Source: an uncultured Bacilli bacterium
GTDB lineage: Bacteria; Bacillota_I; Bacilli_A; RF39; UBA660
Length of the DNA stretch: 55,352 nt
Direction of reading: 5' to 3'
Assembly: GCA_944358405.1 (NCBI GenBank)
Contig: CALVQX010000030.1
Location: 1 to 55,352 of the forward strand
Made by a program: the position numbers and the translations under genes. Positions 1 to 10,235 of the stretch are shown here, one piece after another; position 1 is the first letter of the stretch; every line of letters starts with the position of its first letter. The notes under the pieces were generated by a model. That model saw nothing but the letters and a program-made list of their open reading frames with translations. It was not told the DNA's origin and ran no database searches.

Positions 1-51
1 CGTATAGTTTGTTGTAATAATGGAGTAAGACCGGTTATTTTCAAATTAAAA

Positions 52-267
52 ATGATTGAGGAAGATAGATATTTAAGTCAAAATGAAATTGCTAAAATAT
101 TAAATTGTTCGCAAACAACTTATTCAAGATATGAAACAGGAGATCTAAATATACCAGTTGACTCTTTAATTAAGTTAGCAATATATTTTAATACTAGCAT
201 TGATTATTTAACTGGGCTTACTGATGAAAAAAAGCCTTATAAAAGTTCAGTAAGAACAGATAAATAA
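52..267 (+). CDS. XRE/Cro-C1 family helix-turn-helix regulator (frame is open to the window start, so possibly 5'-truncated)
   Basis: LSQNEIAKILNCSQTTYSRYETG...LIKLAIYFNTSIDYL is a typical HTH_3 pattern; frame 1 has no stop from base 1. Confidence 0.85.
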   Translation: MIEEDRYLSQNEIAKILNCSQTTYSRYETGDLNIPVDSLIKLAIYFNTSIDYLTGLTDEKKPYKSSVRTDK

Positions 268-288
268 ATTACTATACTAAAAAGTAAG

Positions 289-422
289 TAGTAGGTTTTT
301 GAACTGAACCCCAAAAATTGGACAGTTTATAATTAGGGATTTTGACTTTTCTTAAATCATGTTCTATCAAGAAAGCATGAAATGGTAAATCCTAAAGCAA
401 GAATTTATCCTAAAATCTACTA
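289..422. repeat. Possible miniature IS3/IS150-end-derived element inside an inverted repeat
   Basis: TGAACTGAACCCCAAAAATTGGACA at 300-324 resembles IS3/IS150-group termini; flanked by TAGTAGGTTTT (289-299) and AAAATCTACTA (412-422); no transposase. Confidence 0.4.
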
Positions 423-497
423 TTAATTTTCTCTTTGGGAGTTTTTCAATGTATTTATGTTGATTTTGTGATACTATTGTTTATAGTAGGTGGTATT

Positions 498-2879
498 ATG
501 AATCATAAGGATTATTATAGTATAGCAGTTGCTGATTGTTTTCGTGATTTTGATTATTTATTTACTAGGGATCGATTTATTTCTAGGAAAGTTTTTGAAA
601 AATTTTTAGATAAATACTCGGATTTATTTAAAATTTATTCTAATTATAAAGAGAAGTTGTCTTTTGATTTTCAAAATAAGTTGGAACAAATTATGAATCA
701 TGGATATGCTATGATAAAAGAGTATAATAATCGTTTTATTACTCATGCTTTAATTTATTATAAAGACTATTTTGATAACTTATTTAAAGAAATAGATTCA
801 CAAATTGTTTTAGATTATTCTCAGCGAAAAGCTATTGTAAGTGATGAGGATTATTCTTTGGTAGTTGCTGGTGCTGGTTCTGGAAAGACTACGGTAATTG
901 CTGCTAAAGTTAAATATTTAGTAGAAAAACTTGATGTAGATCCACGTAAAATCATTATTTTAGCTTATACTAATAAGGCAAAAGATGAACTATCTTTTAG
1001 AATTAATGATGATTTTAAATTAAATATCGAAGTTTTAACTTTTCATAAATTGGGAATGAATATATTAAGGGAACTTGTTAATAAGCCATTACAAATTATT
1101 GATGATAATAAAATGCTTTCTATATTGAATAGTTATGTAAAGGATGTTGTTTTTGAAGATAAGAAATTATTAAAAGAATTGATTGATGCTTTTCCATCTA
1201 AAGTTCATTTTCAAGAAGAAGCATTTTCTTATTCTAGTTTTAACGATTATTATAAGTTTTATATGCATAGTAAGTATTTAAAAGATAAAGATGATTTATT
1301 AGAAATTGTTCGGAATAAAATAGAGAGTAGAATTAGATACAATAGAACGATTTGTGGAGAATATGTTAAATCACTAGGAGAAGTGCGTATTGCTAACTTT
1401 TTATATCGAAATCATATTACTTATCAGTATGAAGAAGTATATCCTTATTCTTTATCTACCAAAGCTAGTTATTCTCCTGATTTTACTATAGATTATCATG
1501 GTAAAAAAATATATATAGAATTTTATGGTTTAACAAAATATAATGAAGATGGTAATTATACCTTGGATGATATTAATTATTATAATAGATTGATTGAGAA
1601 AAAACGTGAACTTCACCGCAAGTATAAGACAGATTTAATTGAATTATATAGTGAATATACAGATGGAGTAGATTATATTGACAAATTAAGAGAAGAATTA
1701 GTCAAAAGAAATATATCACTTATAGAACGATCTTTAGATAAAATTTATTTTAAATTATTAGAAACTTCTACAGATTCTAGTTTTTTTAAAGCTACCAAGA
1801 TAATTCGAATATTTATTAATAAGTTTAAAGCTAGAAATTTTACAGAGGAAGATTTTGAACGATTAATTCACACTACAACGAATGAATTAGTAGTAAAACA
1901 ATTAAAATTTATTAGGAAAGCTTATCTTTATTATAATGATTATATCCATCGTAGGTATCAGATAGATTTTCAGGATATGATTCATTATGCTTATCAAAAA
2001 CTTGCTCTATTGAAAGATAAAAAAATAGAGTATGACTATATATTTATTGATGAATATCAAGATATTTCTTATCAAAGATACCATTTTATTAAAGAATTAT
2101 CTTCTTTATTTCATTCTAAGATTGTAGCTGTTGGAGATGATTATCAATCGATTTATTCTTTTTCTTTAGCAGATCTATCTTTATTTACCAATTTTTATGA
2201 TTTGATGGGATATGCTGATATTTTAAAGATCATTCATACTTATAGAAATAGTCAAGAACTTGTCGATATTGCTTATCAATTTATTTCTAAGAATGATTAT
2301 CAGATCGATAAGAGATTAATTACTGATAAGCATTTAGAAAATCCTGTACTTATCTATTATTATGATAATCATTTAGAGGATGCTAGTATAGAAGTGGTTT
2401 TAAAAGAAATTATATTAGAGATTTATCGAGAAAATTCGAATCATAAAATACTTTTGTTAGGTAGGTACAATAAAGATATTGATTATTTTTATGATACTAC
2501 TCTTTTTAAAAAAGGGAATGGAGATCATGTTGTTTTAAAAGATAATAAGAATATAGATATTACTTTCTTAACGATTCATAAAGCAAAAGGATTGGGATTT
2601 GATCAAGTAATTTTACTTAATGCTTTGAATGATAAAAGAGGGTTTCCTAGTATGATCAAAGATGAGGAAGTAATCTCTTTATTGTCAGACGAAAAAGAAG
2701 AGCCTATTCTTTTTCCAGAGGAAAGAAGACTCTTCTATGTTGCTTTGACTAGAACTAAAAATAAAGTTTATATTTTATGTCCTTATTCTTATAAGGAAAG
2801 ATCTAGTTTTATAAAAGAAATTGTTCCTTATGATCATGTTTTAGAAAAGTATCCTCATGATCTTGTAGAAATCATTTAG
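498..2879 (+). CDS. UvrD/helicase IV-like SF1 DNA helicase with inserted PD-(D/E)xK-like domain
   Basis: AGAGSGKT, IDEYQD, VGDDYQSIY, TIHKAKGLGF, EERRLFYVALTR; insert KSLGEVRIANFL...PDF...IEFYG. Start moved to ATG 498 after AGGTGG. Confidence 0.85.
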   Translation: MNHKDYYSIAVADCFRDFDYLFTRDRFISRKVFEKFLDKYSDLFKIYSNYKEKLSFDFQNKLEQIMNHGYAMIKEYNNRFITHALIYYKDYFDNLFKEIDSQIVLDYSQRKAIVSDEDYSLVVAGAGSGKTTVIAAKVKYLVEKLDVDPRKIIILAYTNKAKDELSFRINDDFKLNIEVLTFHKLGMNILRELVNKPLQIIDDNKMLSILNSYVKDVVFEDKKLLKELIDAFPSKVHFQEEAFSYSSFNDYYKFYMHSKYLKDKDDLLEIVRNKIESRIRYNRTICGEYVKSLGEVRIANFLYRNHITYQYEEVYPYSLSTKASYSPDFTIDYHGKKIYIEFYGLTKYNEDGNYTLDDINYYNRLIEKKRELHRKYKTDLIELYSEYTDGVDYIDKLREELVKRNISLIERSLDKIYFKLLETSTDSSFFKATKIIRIFINKFKARNFTEEDFERLIHTTTNELVVKQLKFIRKAYLYYNDYIHRRYQIDFQDMIHYAYQKLALLKDKKIEYDYIFIDEYQDISYQRYHFIKELSSLFHSKIVAVGDDYQSIYSFSLADLSLFTNFYDLMGYADILKIIHTYRNSQELVDIAYQFISKNDYQIDKRLITDKHLENPVLIYYYDNHLEDASIEVVLKEIILEIYRENSNHKILLLGRYNKDIDYFYDTTLFKKGNGDHVVLKDNKNIDITFLTIHKAKGLGFDQVILLNALNDKRGFPSMIKDEEVISLLSDEKEEPILFPEERRLFYVALTRTKNKVYILCPYSYKERSSFIKEIVPYDHVLEKYPHDLVEII

Positions 2880-3649
2880 TTTTGATAGATTAGTTTTGCA
2901 TGAACTACCATTCTATTATTGGAACCACTACAAGTAGATAGAGTAATAATTTTATCTGTAGCAGTTAAGTCTATATTAAAATTATATGTACTTCTCGATT
3001 TTAAAGTTGTTAGGAAGTTTAAATATTCATTATTTTCTTGAAAATTGGTTGTTAAGTAATAACTTTCGTTTGTCGTTATGTAGGTACTAAATACTTCAAA
3101 TACATAGTGGTTATTTGTTGTGGTTAAATAAATGTAGTGATTATTATTTTTTTGATAAGATGAATTTAAAAGATTTTTCAAAGTTCCAAACATGGTACCA
3201 GTTAGTCTATTATGACCATAGATAATTGTGTTTTTATCTAAATTGTTTATATTATTTCTATAGTCCAAGAAAATCCAACCTTCTTGGTTTTTATTTTTAT
3301 TGAAAGAGTGGTTTAAATAGTAATCATTATTATTTGATTGTACTACTGGATAGTTAATATTAGTACCATTTACTTTTAAATAAGCAACAGTATCAGAATT
3401 TATGTTTTTTAAATCATTTAAGTTTAAATTCATTACTTTGATATTTTCTTCTTCTGTTTTAGAGGTGGTTGTTGGGATTGTCTCTTCAGTAATTTCAATT
3501 TTGTCATTTATCTGTTGTAAGATGTTAAGAGTTTCTTTTTTGTCATTTGTTCTTTCTATGATAAAAAATATGGTATATACATTTAAAATTATGATTATTA
3601 AGAGGATACTACTTAAAACTATTTTTTTCCTCTTTTTTTGTTTTTCCAT
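2876..3649 (-). CDS. srtB: Class B sortase
   Basis: N-terminal TM anchor, INYPVVQ..NNDYYL, IYGHN, TLSTC and downstream Arg. Confidence 0.92.
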   Translation of the reverse strand: MEKQKKRKKIVLSSILLIIIILNVYTIFFIIERTNDKKETLNILQQINDKIEITEETIPTTTSKTEEENIKVMNLNLNDLKNINSDTVAYLKVNGTNINYPVVQSNNNDYYLNHSFNKNKNQEGWIFLDYRNNINNLDKNTIIYGHNRLTGTMFGTLKNLLNSSYQKNNNHYIYLTTTNNHYVFEVFSTYITTNESYYLTTNFQENNEYLNFLTTLKSRSTYNFNIDLTATDKIITLSTCSGSNNRMVVHAKLIYQN

Positions 3650-3670
3650 AATATCACCTATGAACTATTT

Positions 3671-3698
3671 ATTATAAGTGAATTTTTAAAATTTGCAA
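3671..3698 (-). promoter_or_regulatory. sigmaA-like promoter of the sortase
   Basis: TTGCAA-N16-TATAAT on the minus strand. Confidence 0.5.
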
Positions 3699-3757
3699 GG
3701 GTTTTTGCTTTAAATTTCTTTTTTCCTTTCTAAAAGTTTTTAAATATTAAAAAAGTG

Positions 3758-3786
3758 TTGACTTTAAATAGTCAAATAATTAGAAT
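3758..3786 (+). promoter_or_regulatory. sigmaA-like promoter of the adhesin with overlapping palindrome
   Basis: TTGACT-N17-TAGAAT; TTGACT-N6-AGTCAA inverted repeat covers the -35. Confidence 0.55.
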
Positions 3787-3813
3787 AAGAAGCAATCTTT
3801 TAGAAAGGAAGAA

Positions 3814-6800
3814 GTGAGAATGAAAAGAAAAAAATGCAAGAAGATAGTTCAAAAGTTTATCTATACTTTTCTAGCTATTGTTACTTTCTTTAGTCAAGCA
3901 AATTTTTCTTATATGGTTTATGCTTTAGCAGATAGTGTTAACTATGATGCTATTTCAGTTTCTGATCCTGATACATCTACGATTGAGAATTCGTTCAATA
4001 ATTCTTTGTCTGATGATGGAAAAGTCGTTACTGATAAAAGTGTAAATCATATCGAAGAGGATCTGTTTGAAATCACTCTATCAGCATTGGGTCAAGCGTT
4101 TGAAACTTCAAGAAATGTTGTGAATAATAAGAAACTTGATGTTGTTTTTGTTTTGGACGTTTCTGGTAGTATGAATCAAAGAGGTACAAGACGCTATATT
4201 AGTATGGTTGAAGCTGTTAATTCAGCGATGAAAACTATTATGAATGCAAACAAAGAGAATAGAATTGGGATTGTAACATTTAGTGATTCTAGTAGCACAT
4301 TACTATCTCTTGATTCTTATAGTTCGAGTAATCAGAATGGTGATTATTTAACTGCAAGTGATGGTAGAGTTTCTATTGCTAATGGTGTTACAGATAGTAA
4401 TGGAAATACAGAAAGTGGTCGTGTTAGTGTTACTGGTGGTACTTATACACAAAGCGGTATGGCAAGAGGAGCTAATTTATTAATTAATAATAGTGATACA
4501 ACGGATAGAGTTCCTGTTATTATCTTGTTATCTGATGGTGAGCCAACTTATGCTACTGCTAACTACAGTAATGTAGGTACTGCTGAAATAGGTAGAGGAT
4601 ATACTTATGATATTACTGGTGATATGGGATATTATACTATTTTAACTGGAAAGTCTTATAAGGATAAAGTGGAATCTAATTATCAAACAGATTGTATGTA
4701 TTATACAATTGGAATGGATGTTACTAGCAACTTTGGAAAGACGGTTTTAGATCCATCTGATGCAAATATTAATAATTTAGCAAGTAATTGGCGGGATTCA
4801 TTATATATTGCAGAATTTAGTTTAAAAGCATCTTTAAATAATTATCGTGGAGATTTTCAATATGTTGATAAGTCTTATTCTGGACAAATGACTTCTGATG
4901 ATTTAAAGGAAATCTTTGATGAGATAACTTCGGATATTGTTAAGAGCTTTGTAAGTCCATTAACAGCTACTTCCTTAGTTCAATTTACTGATACTTTAGG
5001 TAATGGAATGGAAGTTAAAGGAAATCCTACTATTGTTTATAATGGATTTACTTATAGTAGTACTAGTGTTGTTTTGGAAGATACTTATACGAAGTATGTT
5101 TTTGATCATACTGTTACAAATAGTAATGGAGAGGAAGTTAATTTATCAAGTATAGATCTTCGTGTATATCATCATGCAGATGGTACGGAAACTGTTTCTT
5201 TTGATATTCCTGATAGTATTTTTCCATATCTTACAAGAGGGAAAGATAATACGAATATTAGTCCTATTAGATTAAAGTTTCAGGTAGGATTAACTGATGA
5301 AGCAGTAGCAAATGCTAAGACAGAAGATGTATTCTATACGAATAACTTTTCTGATGAAAAGACCAACGTAGTATATACTCCTGCTAAAGATAATTCTTAT
5401 TATTATGAAAATATTTCCTATGGTGCAGATGGTACTATTTATAGTAGTGCAAAATATAAAAATCAATCATTAAGTAAAAGTGAAAATATCACTAATACTA
5501 ATGGAAATTATTATGAAACTATTTTTGATCAAGGAATTTTAACAACAATTCTTGGAAATAATGGTAAAGTGGTTTTAGAAGATCCTAATGTAGTAGTTTC
5601 TAAGACTGTTACTAAAGTATGGCAAGATGGTGACGATCAAGATGGAATTCGACCAGAATCTATTGAAGTAGAGTTATTAGCAAACGGAGAAAAAACAGGT
5701 AAGACGGCAACATTGAATGAAGATAATCATTGGACTTATGAGTTTACCAATTTAAAGAAATATACAAATAATAGAGAAATAAGTTATACTGTTCGTGAAA
5801 TAAGTAAAGTAGATGGTTACACAACTACTTATAGTAGTGATGGTTTGACAGTTACTAATACTCATGAAGTAGAAAAGACTTCTCATACAGTTACTAAAGT
5901 ATGGGATGATAATAATAATCAGGATAATGTAAGACCAAAATCTATCGAGGTAAAACTTTATGCGAATGGTGTTGCGACTGATAAAATGGCAACATTAAAT
6001 GAAGAGAATGGTTGGACTTATACCTTTACTGGTTTAGATAAAAATAGTGATGGAGTAGAGATTGTTTATACAGCTGATGAAGTAGAAACTGTTTTTGGTT
6101 ATACAAAAGAGGTTGCTACTGATAAAGAAAAGACTACAATTACTAATATTCATGAAACGGATAAAGTTGCTAAAACAGTTACTAAGGTATGGGAAGATAA
6201 TAATAATCAAGATGGAATTCGTCCTACTTCTATTTCCGTTGAGTTATTGGCAGATGGAAAAGAAACTGGTAGGAGTGTTGTTTTAAGTGAAGAAAATTCT
6301 TGGAGATATACTTTTGAGAATTTAGATAAAAATAGTAATGGAAAAGAAATTAAATATACTGTGAAAGAAATTACTCAAGTAGAAGGATATACTACTACTT
6401 ATGGTGATGATGGCTTGACTATTACAAATACTCATACTCCAGCTGTTAGAAATATTACAGTTGTAAAATCTTGGGATGATGCTAATAATCAAGATGGCAA
6501 AAGACCAGATTCTATCGTAGTAACTCTTTATGGAAATGGTCAAGAAAAAGCTTCTGAAACTTTAAATGAGGCTAATCATTGGAGTTATACTTTTAGAGGT
6601 TTAGATGTTAATGCTAATGGAGATGAGATTGATTATACAGTTCGTGAAAGTGTTGTTGATGGATATCGATTAACGAATACGACATTTGTTCATGATACAA
6701 TTACTTTAACGAATTCTTATACTCCAGAAGAAACTTCTAAAACAGTTATTAAAGTATGGAAAGATAATGAAAATCAAGATAACTTGAGACCTTCTTCTAT

Positions 6801-8613
6801 AGAAGTTGAACTATTAGCTGATGGCGTAGCAGTAAGAACAGTTACTTTAAGCGATGCAAATCGTTGGAAGTATACTTTCGAGGGTCTAGATAAGTATAAA
6901 AATGGGAATATAATTCATTATACGGTAAATGAGATTACTCAAGTAGAAGGATATACTACTACTTATGATCAGGAAAATTTAACGATTACAAATACTCATG
7001 ATACTTATACTACTAGTAAAACTGTTACTAAAGTGTGGAAAGATGAAAATAATTTAGAAGGATTTAGACCTTCTTCTATAGAAGTTGAACTATTAGCTAA
7101 TGGTGAAGTAGTAAAACCAGTTACTTTAAGTGATGCCAATCATTGGAGTTATACTTTTGAAGGTCTAGATGTCAATGCAAATGGAAAAGAGATTACTTAT
7201 ACAGTTAGAGAAAAAGATGTTTTATCAGGTTATCAAGTTAGTTATGATCAAAATACTTTGACTATTACTAATACTAAAGAAGTTACAAGAGTAGATAAGA
7301 CTATTACCAAAGTTTGGAAAGATAATAATAATCAAGATGGCATTCGACCTGAATCTGTTCGTGTAACCCTTTATGCAAATCAGAGTGTCGTAGGTACTTA
7401 TTCGTTAACTAGGGAAAATGGTTATAGTTTCACTGTTTCTGATTTACCTATTTATGCAAATGGAGAAGAGATTACCTATACTATTTCTGAAGAAAGTGTT
7501 TTTGGTTATACTGCTAATTATGATCAAAATACTTTAACTGTTACAAATACTCATATTCCAGCTGTTAGAGATATTCATATTAGTAAAGAATGGGTTGATG
7601 CAAATAATCAAGATGGCATTCGACCAGGTTCTGTTACTATCTATGTAATGGCTAATGGTGTGAAAGTTTCTGAAGTAGTTTTAAGTGATGCAAATCATTG
7701 GAATGATACTGTTTCAAATTTACCAGTATATGAAAATGGTAAAGAAATTAACTATACTTTACTAGAAGCAGACATAGCGCATGGTTATCATGTAGATTAT
7801 GAATATCAGGGTAATGACTTTAAAGTTGTCAATACTCATGAAGTTGAGAAAACTAGTATTACAGCAGAAAAAATTTGGAATGATTTAAATAATAAAGATG
7901 GATTACGAACTGATGAGATTCTTGTTCAATTATTAGCAAATGGTGAATTTTATCAAACAATTCGATTAAATACTGCGAATGGCTTTAAGGCAACCATAAA
8001 TAATTTAGATAAGTTTATGAATGGTACAGAAATTCTTTATACGTTAGCAGAAATTAGTCAAATTGCAGGATATGAGACTACCTATAGTTCTGATACTTTT
8101 ACTATTGTTAATAATCATAGAATTCTTACAGTGACAAAGACTGTAGATAAAACTACAGCAAATCCAGGAGATACATTAACTTATATAATTACTGTTTCTA
8201 ATGATGGTGATGTAGAAGCAAATGATATTGTACTTGTAGATACGTTAGATACAAATCTAGAATTTGTTTCTAGTGAGGGTGGCGTTTATGATGCAAGTAC
8301 ACATACTGTAACATATTTTATTGATTCATTAAATTCTGAAGAAAAGAGAGTATTTACTTTAATTACTAAAATAAAAGAAGATGTAGATTGTGATATGGTA
8401 ATTCATAACACAGCTTTAGTCTTAGGTAATGATAATGATGAAGAGGTTCCATCCAATGAAGTTACAACTACTGTTGTGGACCCACCAAAAGATGAAGTAG
8501 GAGAAATTGTTAATCCAGATACATCTGATAATATTTATCTTCTTTTCTTCACAGGATTCATTGATATGTTACTATTTGGATTCTTTGTAAAAAGAAAAAG
8601 AGAAAATAATTAA
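3814..8613 (+). CDS. Cell-wall-anchored adhesin: signal peptide, vWA domain, 9 Cna-B repeats, DUF11-like domain, NPDTS sorting signal
   Basis: DVSGSM MIDAS, TGGTYT, LSDGEP; nine K-x-W-x-D...RP...V-x-L-x-A-N-G units; VNPDTSD followed by a hydrophobic stretch and KRKR. Confidence 0.9.
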   Translation: MRMKRKKCKKIVQKFIYTFLAIVTFFSQANFSYMVYALADSVNYDAISVSDPDTSTIENSFNNSLSDDGKVVTDKSVNHIEEDLFEITLSALGQAFETSRNVVNNKKLDVVFVLDVSGSMNQRGTRRYISMVEAVNSAMKTIMNANKENRIGIVTFSDSSSTLLSLDSYSSSNQNGDYLTASDGRVSIANGVTDSNGNTESGRVSVTGGTYTQSGMARGANLLINNSDTTDRVPVIILLSDGEPTYATANYSNVGTAEIGRGYTYDITGDMGYYTILTGKSYKDKVESNYQTDCMYYTIGMDVTSNFGKTVLDPSDANINNLASNWRDSLYIAEFSLKASLNNYRGDFQYVDKSYSGQMTSDDLKEIFDEITSDIVKSFVSPLTATSLVQFTDTLGNGMEVKGNPTIVYNGFTYSSTSVVLEDTYTKYVFDHTVTNSNGEEVNLSSIDLRVYHHADGTETVSFDIPDSIFPYLTRGKDNTNISPIRLKFQVGLTDEAVANAKTEDVFYTNNFSDEKTNVVYTPAKDNSYYYENISYGADGTIYSSAKYKNQSLSKSENITNTNGNYYETIFDQGILTTILGNNGKVVLEDPNVVVSKTVTKVWQDGDDQDGIRPESIEVELLANGEKTGKTATLNEDNHWTYEFTNLKKYTNNREISYTVREISKVDGYTTTYSSDGLTVTNTHEVEKTSHTVTKVWDDNNNQDNVRPKSIEVKLYANGVATDKMATLNEENGWTYTFTGLDKNSDGVEIVYTADEVETVFGYTKEVATDKEKTTITNIHETDKVAKTVTKVWEDNNNQDGIRPTSISVELLADGKETGRSVVLSEENSWRYTFENLDKNSNGKEIKYTVKEITQVEGYTTTYGDDGLTITNTHTPAVRNITVVKSWDDANNQDGKRPDSIVVTLYGNGQEKASETLNEANHWSYTFRGLDVNANGDEIDYTVRESVVDGYRLTNTTFVHDTITLTNSYTPEETSKTVIKVWKDNENQDNLRPSSIEVELLADGVAVRTVTLSDANRWKYTFEGLDKYKNGNIIHYTVNEITQVEGYTTTYDQENLTITNTHDTYTTSKTVTKVWKDENNLEGFRPSSIEVELLANGEVVKPVTLSDANHWSYTFEGLDVNANGKEITYTVREKDVLSGYQVSYDQNTLTITNTKEVTRVDKTITKVWKDNNNQDGIRPESVRVTLYANQSVVGTYSLTRENGYSFTVSDLPIYANGEEITYTISEESVFGYTANYDQNTLTVTNTHIPAVRDIHISKEWVDANNQDGIRPGSVTIYVMANGVKVSEVVLSDANHWNDTVSNLPVYENGKEINYTLLEADIAHGYHVDYEYQGNDFKVVNTHEVEKTSITAEKIWNDLNNKDGLRTDEILVQLLANGEFYQTIRLNTANGFKATINNLDKFMNGTEILYTLAEISQIAGYETTYSSDTFTIVNNHRILTVTKTVDKTTANPGDTLTYIITVSNDGDVEANDIVLVDTLDTNLEFVSSEGGVYDASTHTVTYFIDSLNSEEKRVFTLITKIKEDVDCDMVIHNTALVLGNDNDEEVPSNEVTTTVVDPPKDEVGEIVNPDTSDNIYLLFFTGFIDMLLFGFFVKRKRENN
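5596..8118 (+). repeat. Nine tandem Cna-B-type repeats (about 93 aa each)
   Basis: Repeated VTKVW.D..NQDG.RP.SI.V.L.ANG ... ITN motif; boundaries approximate. Confidence 0.85.
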
Positions 8614-8640
8614 GGGCTGTGTGTTTCAGCTCTTTTTTCT
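8613..8640 (+). terminator. Intrinsic terminator
   Basis: AGGGCTG/CAGCTCT stem followed by a T-run. Confidence 0.55.
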
Positions 8641-8740
8641 TTTGTCTATTTATTATGATTCCATTATCTGTATCTTTACTTTTTTTTATTAATATACTAA
8701 AATAAAGTTGTTTCTGATAATATTTATAAAGGAGTTATTT

Positions 8741-9505
8741 ATGTATAAAGTAGCTAATTTTTTAGATAATGATGATGTTCGTCTTTTAAGTGAACTTGGT
8801 CCTTTTAGAGTGATTGAATATACTAGGGATTTGAGTGTTACCCCTGGTAATGCACAACTTGCCTATTTTTGTAATGCAATGAATATTAGAAAACGGCAGG
8901 TTATTTGTGATTTAAGCAAGGGTAATGTTACTCTTCAATCTGGCGCTATGCAATGGTCTGTTGGAAATGTAAATGCAACTACTGGGGTGAAAGGAGTAGG
9001 AGATTTATTTTCTAAGGCTGTTCGAGGTAAGGTAACGGGAGAGTCTGCAATTAAACCAGAGTATACAGGAAATGGGACGCTTGTTTTAGAACCGACTTAT
9101 CGACATATTTTACTTCTTAATTTGCAGGATTGGAATGGTTCGCTTGTTTTAGATGATGGTTTGTTTTTAGCATGTGAATCTACGTTGCAACAAAAGACGG
9201 TAATGCGTTCGAATGTTTCTTCGGCAATTGCTGGAAATGAAGGATTATTTAATTTGGGAATTTCTGGAGTAGGAGTTTTATGTTTAGAGTCTCCTTGTCC
9301 TAAAGAAGAGTTGATAGAAGTTACTTTGGAAAATGATGTCTTAAAGATCGATGGTAATATGGCGATTGCTTGGAGTGGGAGTTTGGAGTTTACTGTAGAA
9401 CGTTCTGGAAAATCTTTAATTGGTTCTGCCGCTTCTGGAGAAGGTTTGGTTAATGTATATCGTGGAACAGGAAAAGTATTATTAGCACCTGTTGATAAGA
9501 TGTAA
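8741..9505 (+). CDS. AIM24 family protein
   Basis: GEGL(F/V) repeats and IDGNMAIAW; start moved to ATG 8741 after AAGGAG. Confidence 0.8.
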   Translation: MYKVANFLDNDDVRLLSELGPFRVIEYTRDLSVTPGNAQLAYFCNAMNIRKRQVICDLSKGNVTLQSGAMQWSVGNVNATTGVKGVGDLFSKAVRGKVTGESAIKPEYTGNGTLVLEPTYRHILLLNLQDWNGSLVLDDGLFLACESTLQQKTVMRSNVSSAIAGNEGLFNLGISGVGVLCLESPCPKEELIEVTLENDVLKIDGNMAIAWSGSLEFTVERSGKSLIGSAASGEGLVNVYRGTGKVLLAPVDKM

Positions 9506-9515
9506 TTAGAAAGGA

Positions 9516-10235
9516 GTGTTCATGTTAGAATTAATAGATATTTGTTTTGAAAGAGATGATAAAAAAATTCTAGATCATGTTAGTTTGAAGTTAGATCTTG
9601 GTAAGTTTTATGTGATTACTGGTCCTAATGGTAGTGGAAAATCTACGTTAGCAAAAATTATTATGGGCATAGAGCAACCAGATCAAGGAAAAATTTTATT
9701 TCAAGGGGAAGATATTACTTCTAGGAGCATTGATGAAAGAGCTAAGCTTGGAATTGGATTTGCTTTTCAGCAACCAGTGCAATTTAAAGGAATTACTGTT
9801 TATGATTTGTTAAAATTTGCGACGAATAAGGAGATTGCAAAAAAGGATGCTTGTGATATTTTATCTAAAGTTGGTTTATGCGCTTTAGAGTATGTGGATA
9901 GAGAAGTGAATCGTTCTTTGTCTGGTGGAGAGTTAAAGCGCATTGAAATAGCTACTATTATGGCTAGAAATCCTTCTTTGGCTATATTTGATGAACCGGA
10001 AGCAGGAATTGATTTATGGAGTTTTCAAAATTTGACAGAAGTTTTTCAAGAAATTCAGAAAAAATCGCAAGGAGCGACTTTAGTGATTTCGCATCAAGAG
10101 AGAATTTTAAATATTGCAGATGAGATTATTTTGATGGATCAAGGAAAGATTCAAAAGATTGGTCAGAAAGAGGAAATGTTTGATCAGATTTTTTCTTCTA
10201 AAAAGTGTTGCAAGGAGGTGATTCCTTGTGAATAG
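9516..10235 (+). CDS. sufC: Fe-S assembly ABC ATPase, SufC/SmsC-like
   Basis: GPNGSGKST, FQQP, LSGGELKRIE, DEPEAGID; directly upstream of a SufBD gene. Confidence 0.85.
   Translation: MFMLELIDICFERDDKKILDHVSLKLDLGKFYVITGPNGSGKSTLAKIIMGIEQPDQGKILFQGEDITSRSIDERAKLGIGFAFQQPVQFKGITVYDLLKFATNKEIAKKDACDILSKVGLCALEYVDREVNRSLSGGELKRIEIATIMARNPSLAIFDEPEAGIDLWSFQNLTEVFQEIQKKSQGATLVISHQERILNIADEIILMDQGKIQKIGQKEEMFDQIFSSKKCCKEVIPCE

Noticed and set aside
5596-8118. Near-identical DNA stretches in the adhesin as recombination cassettes
   Set aside because: Explained by tandem Cna-B domain duplication.
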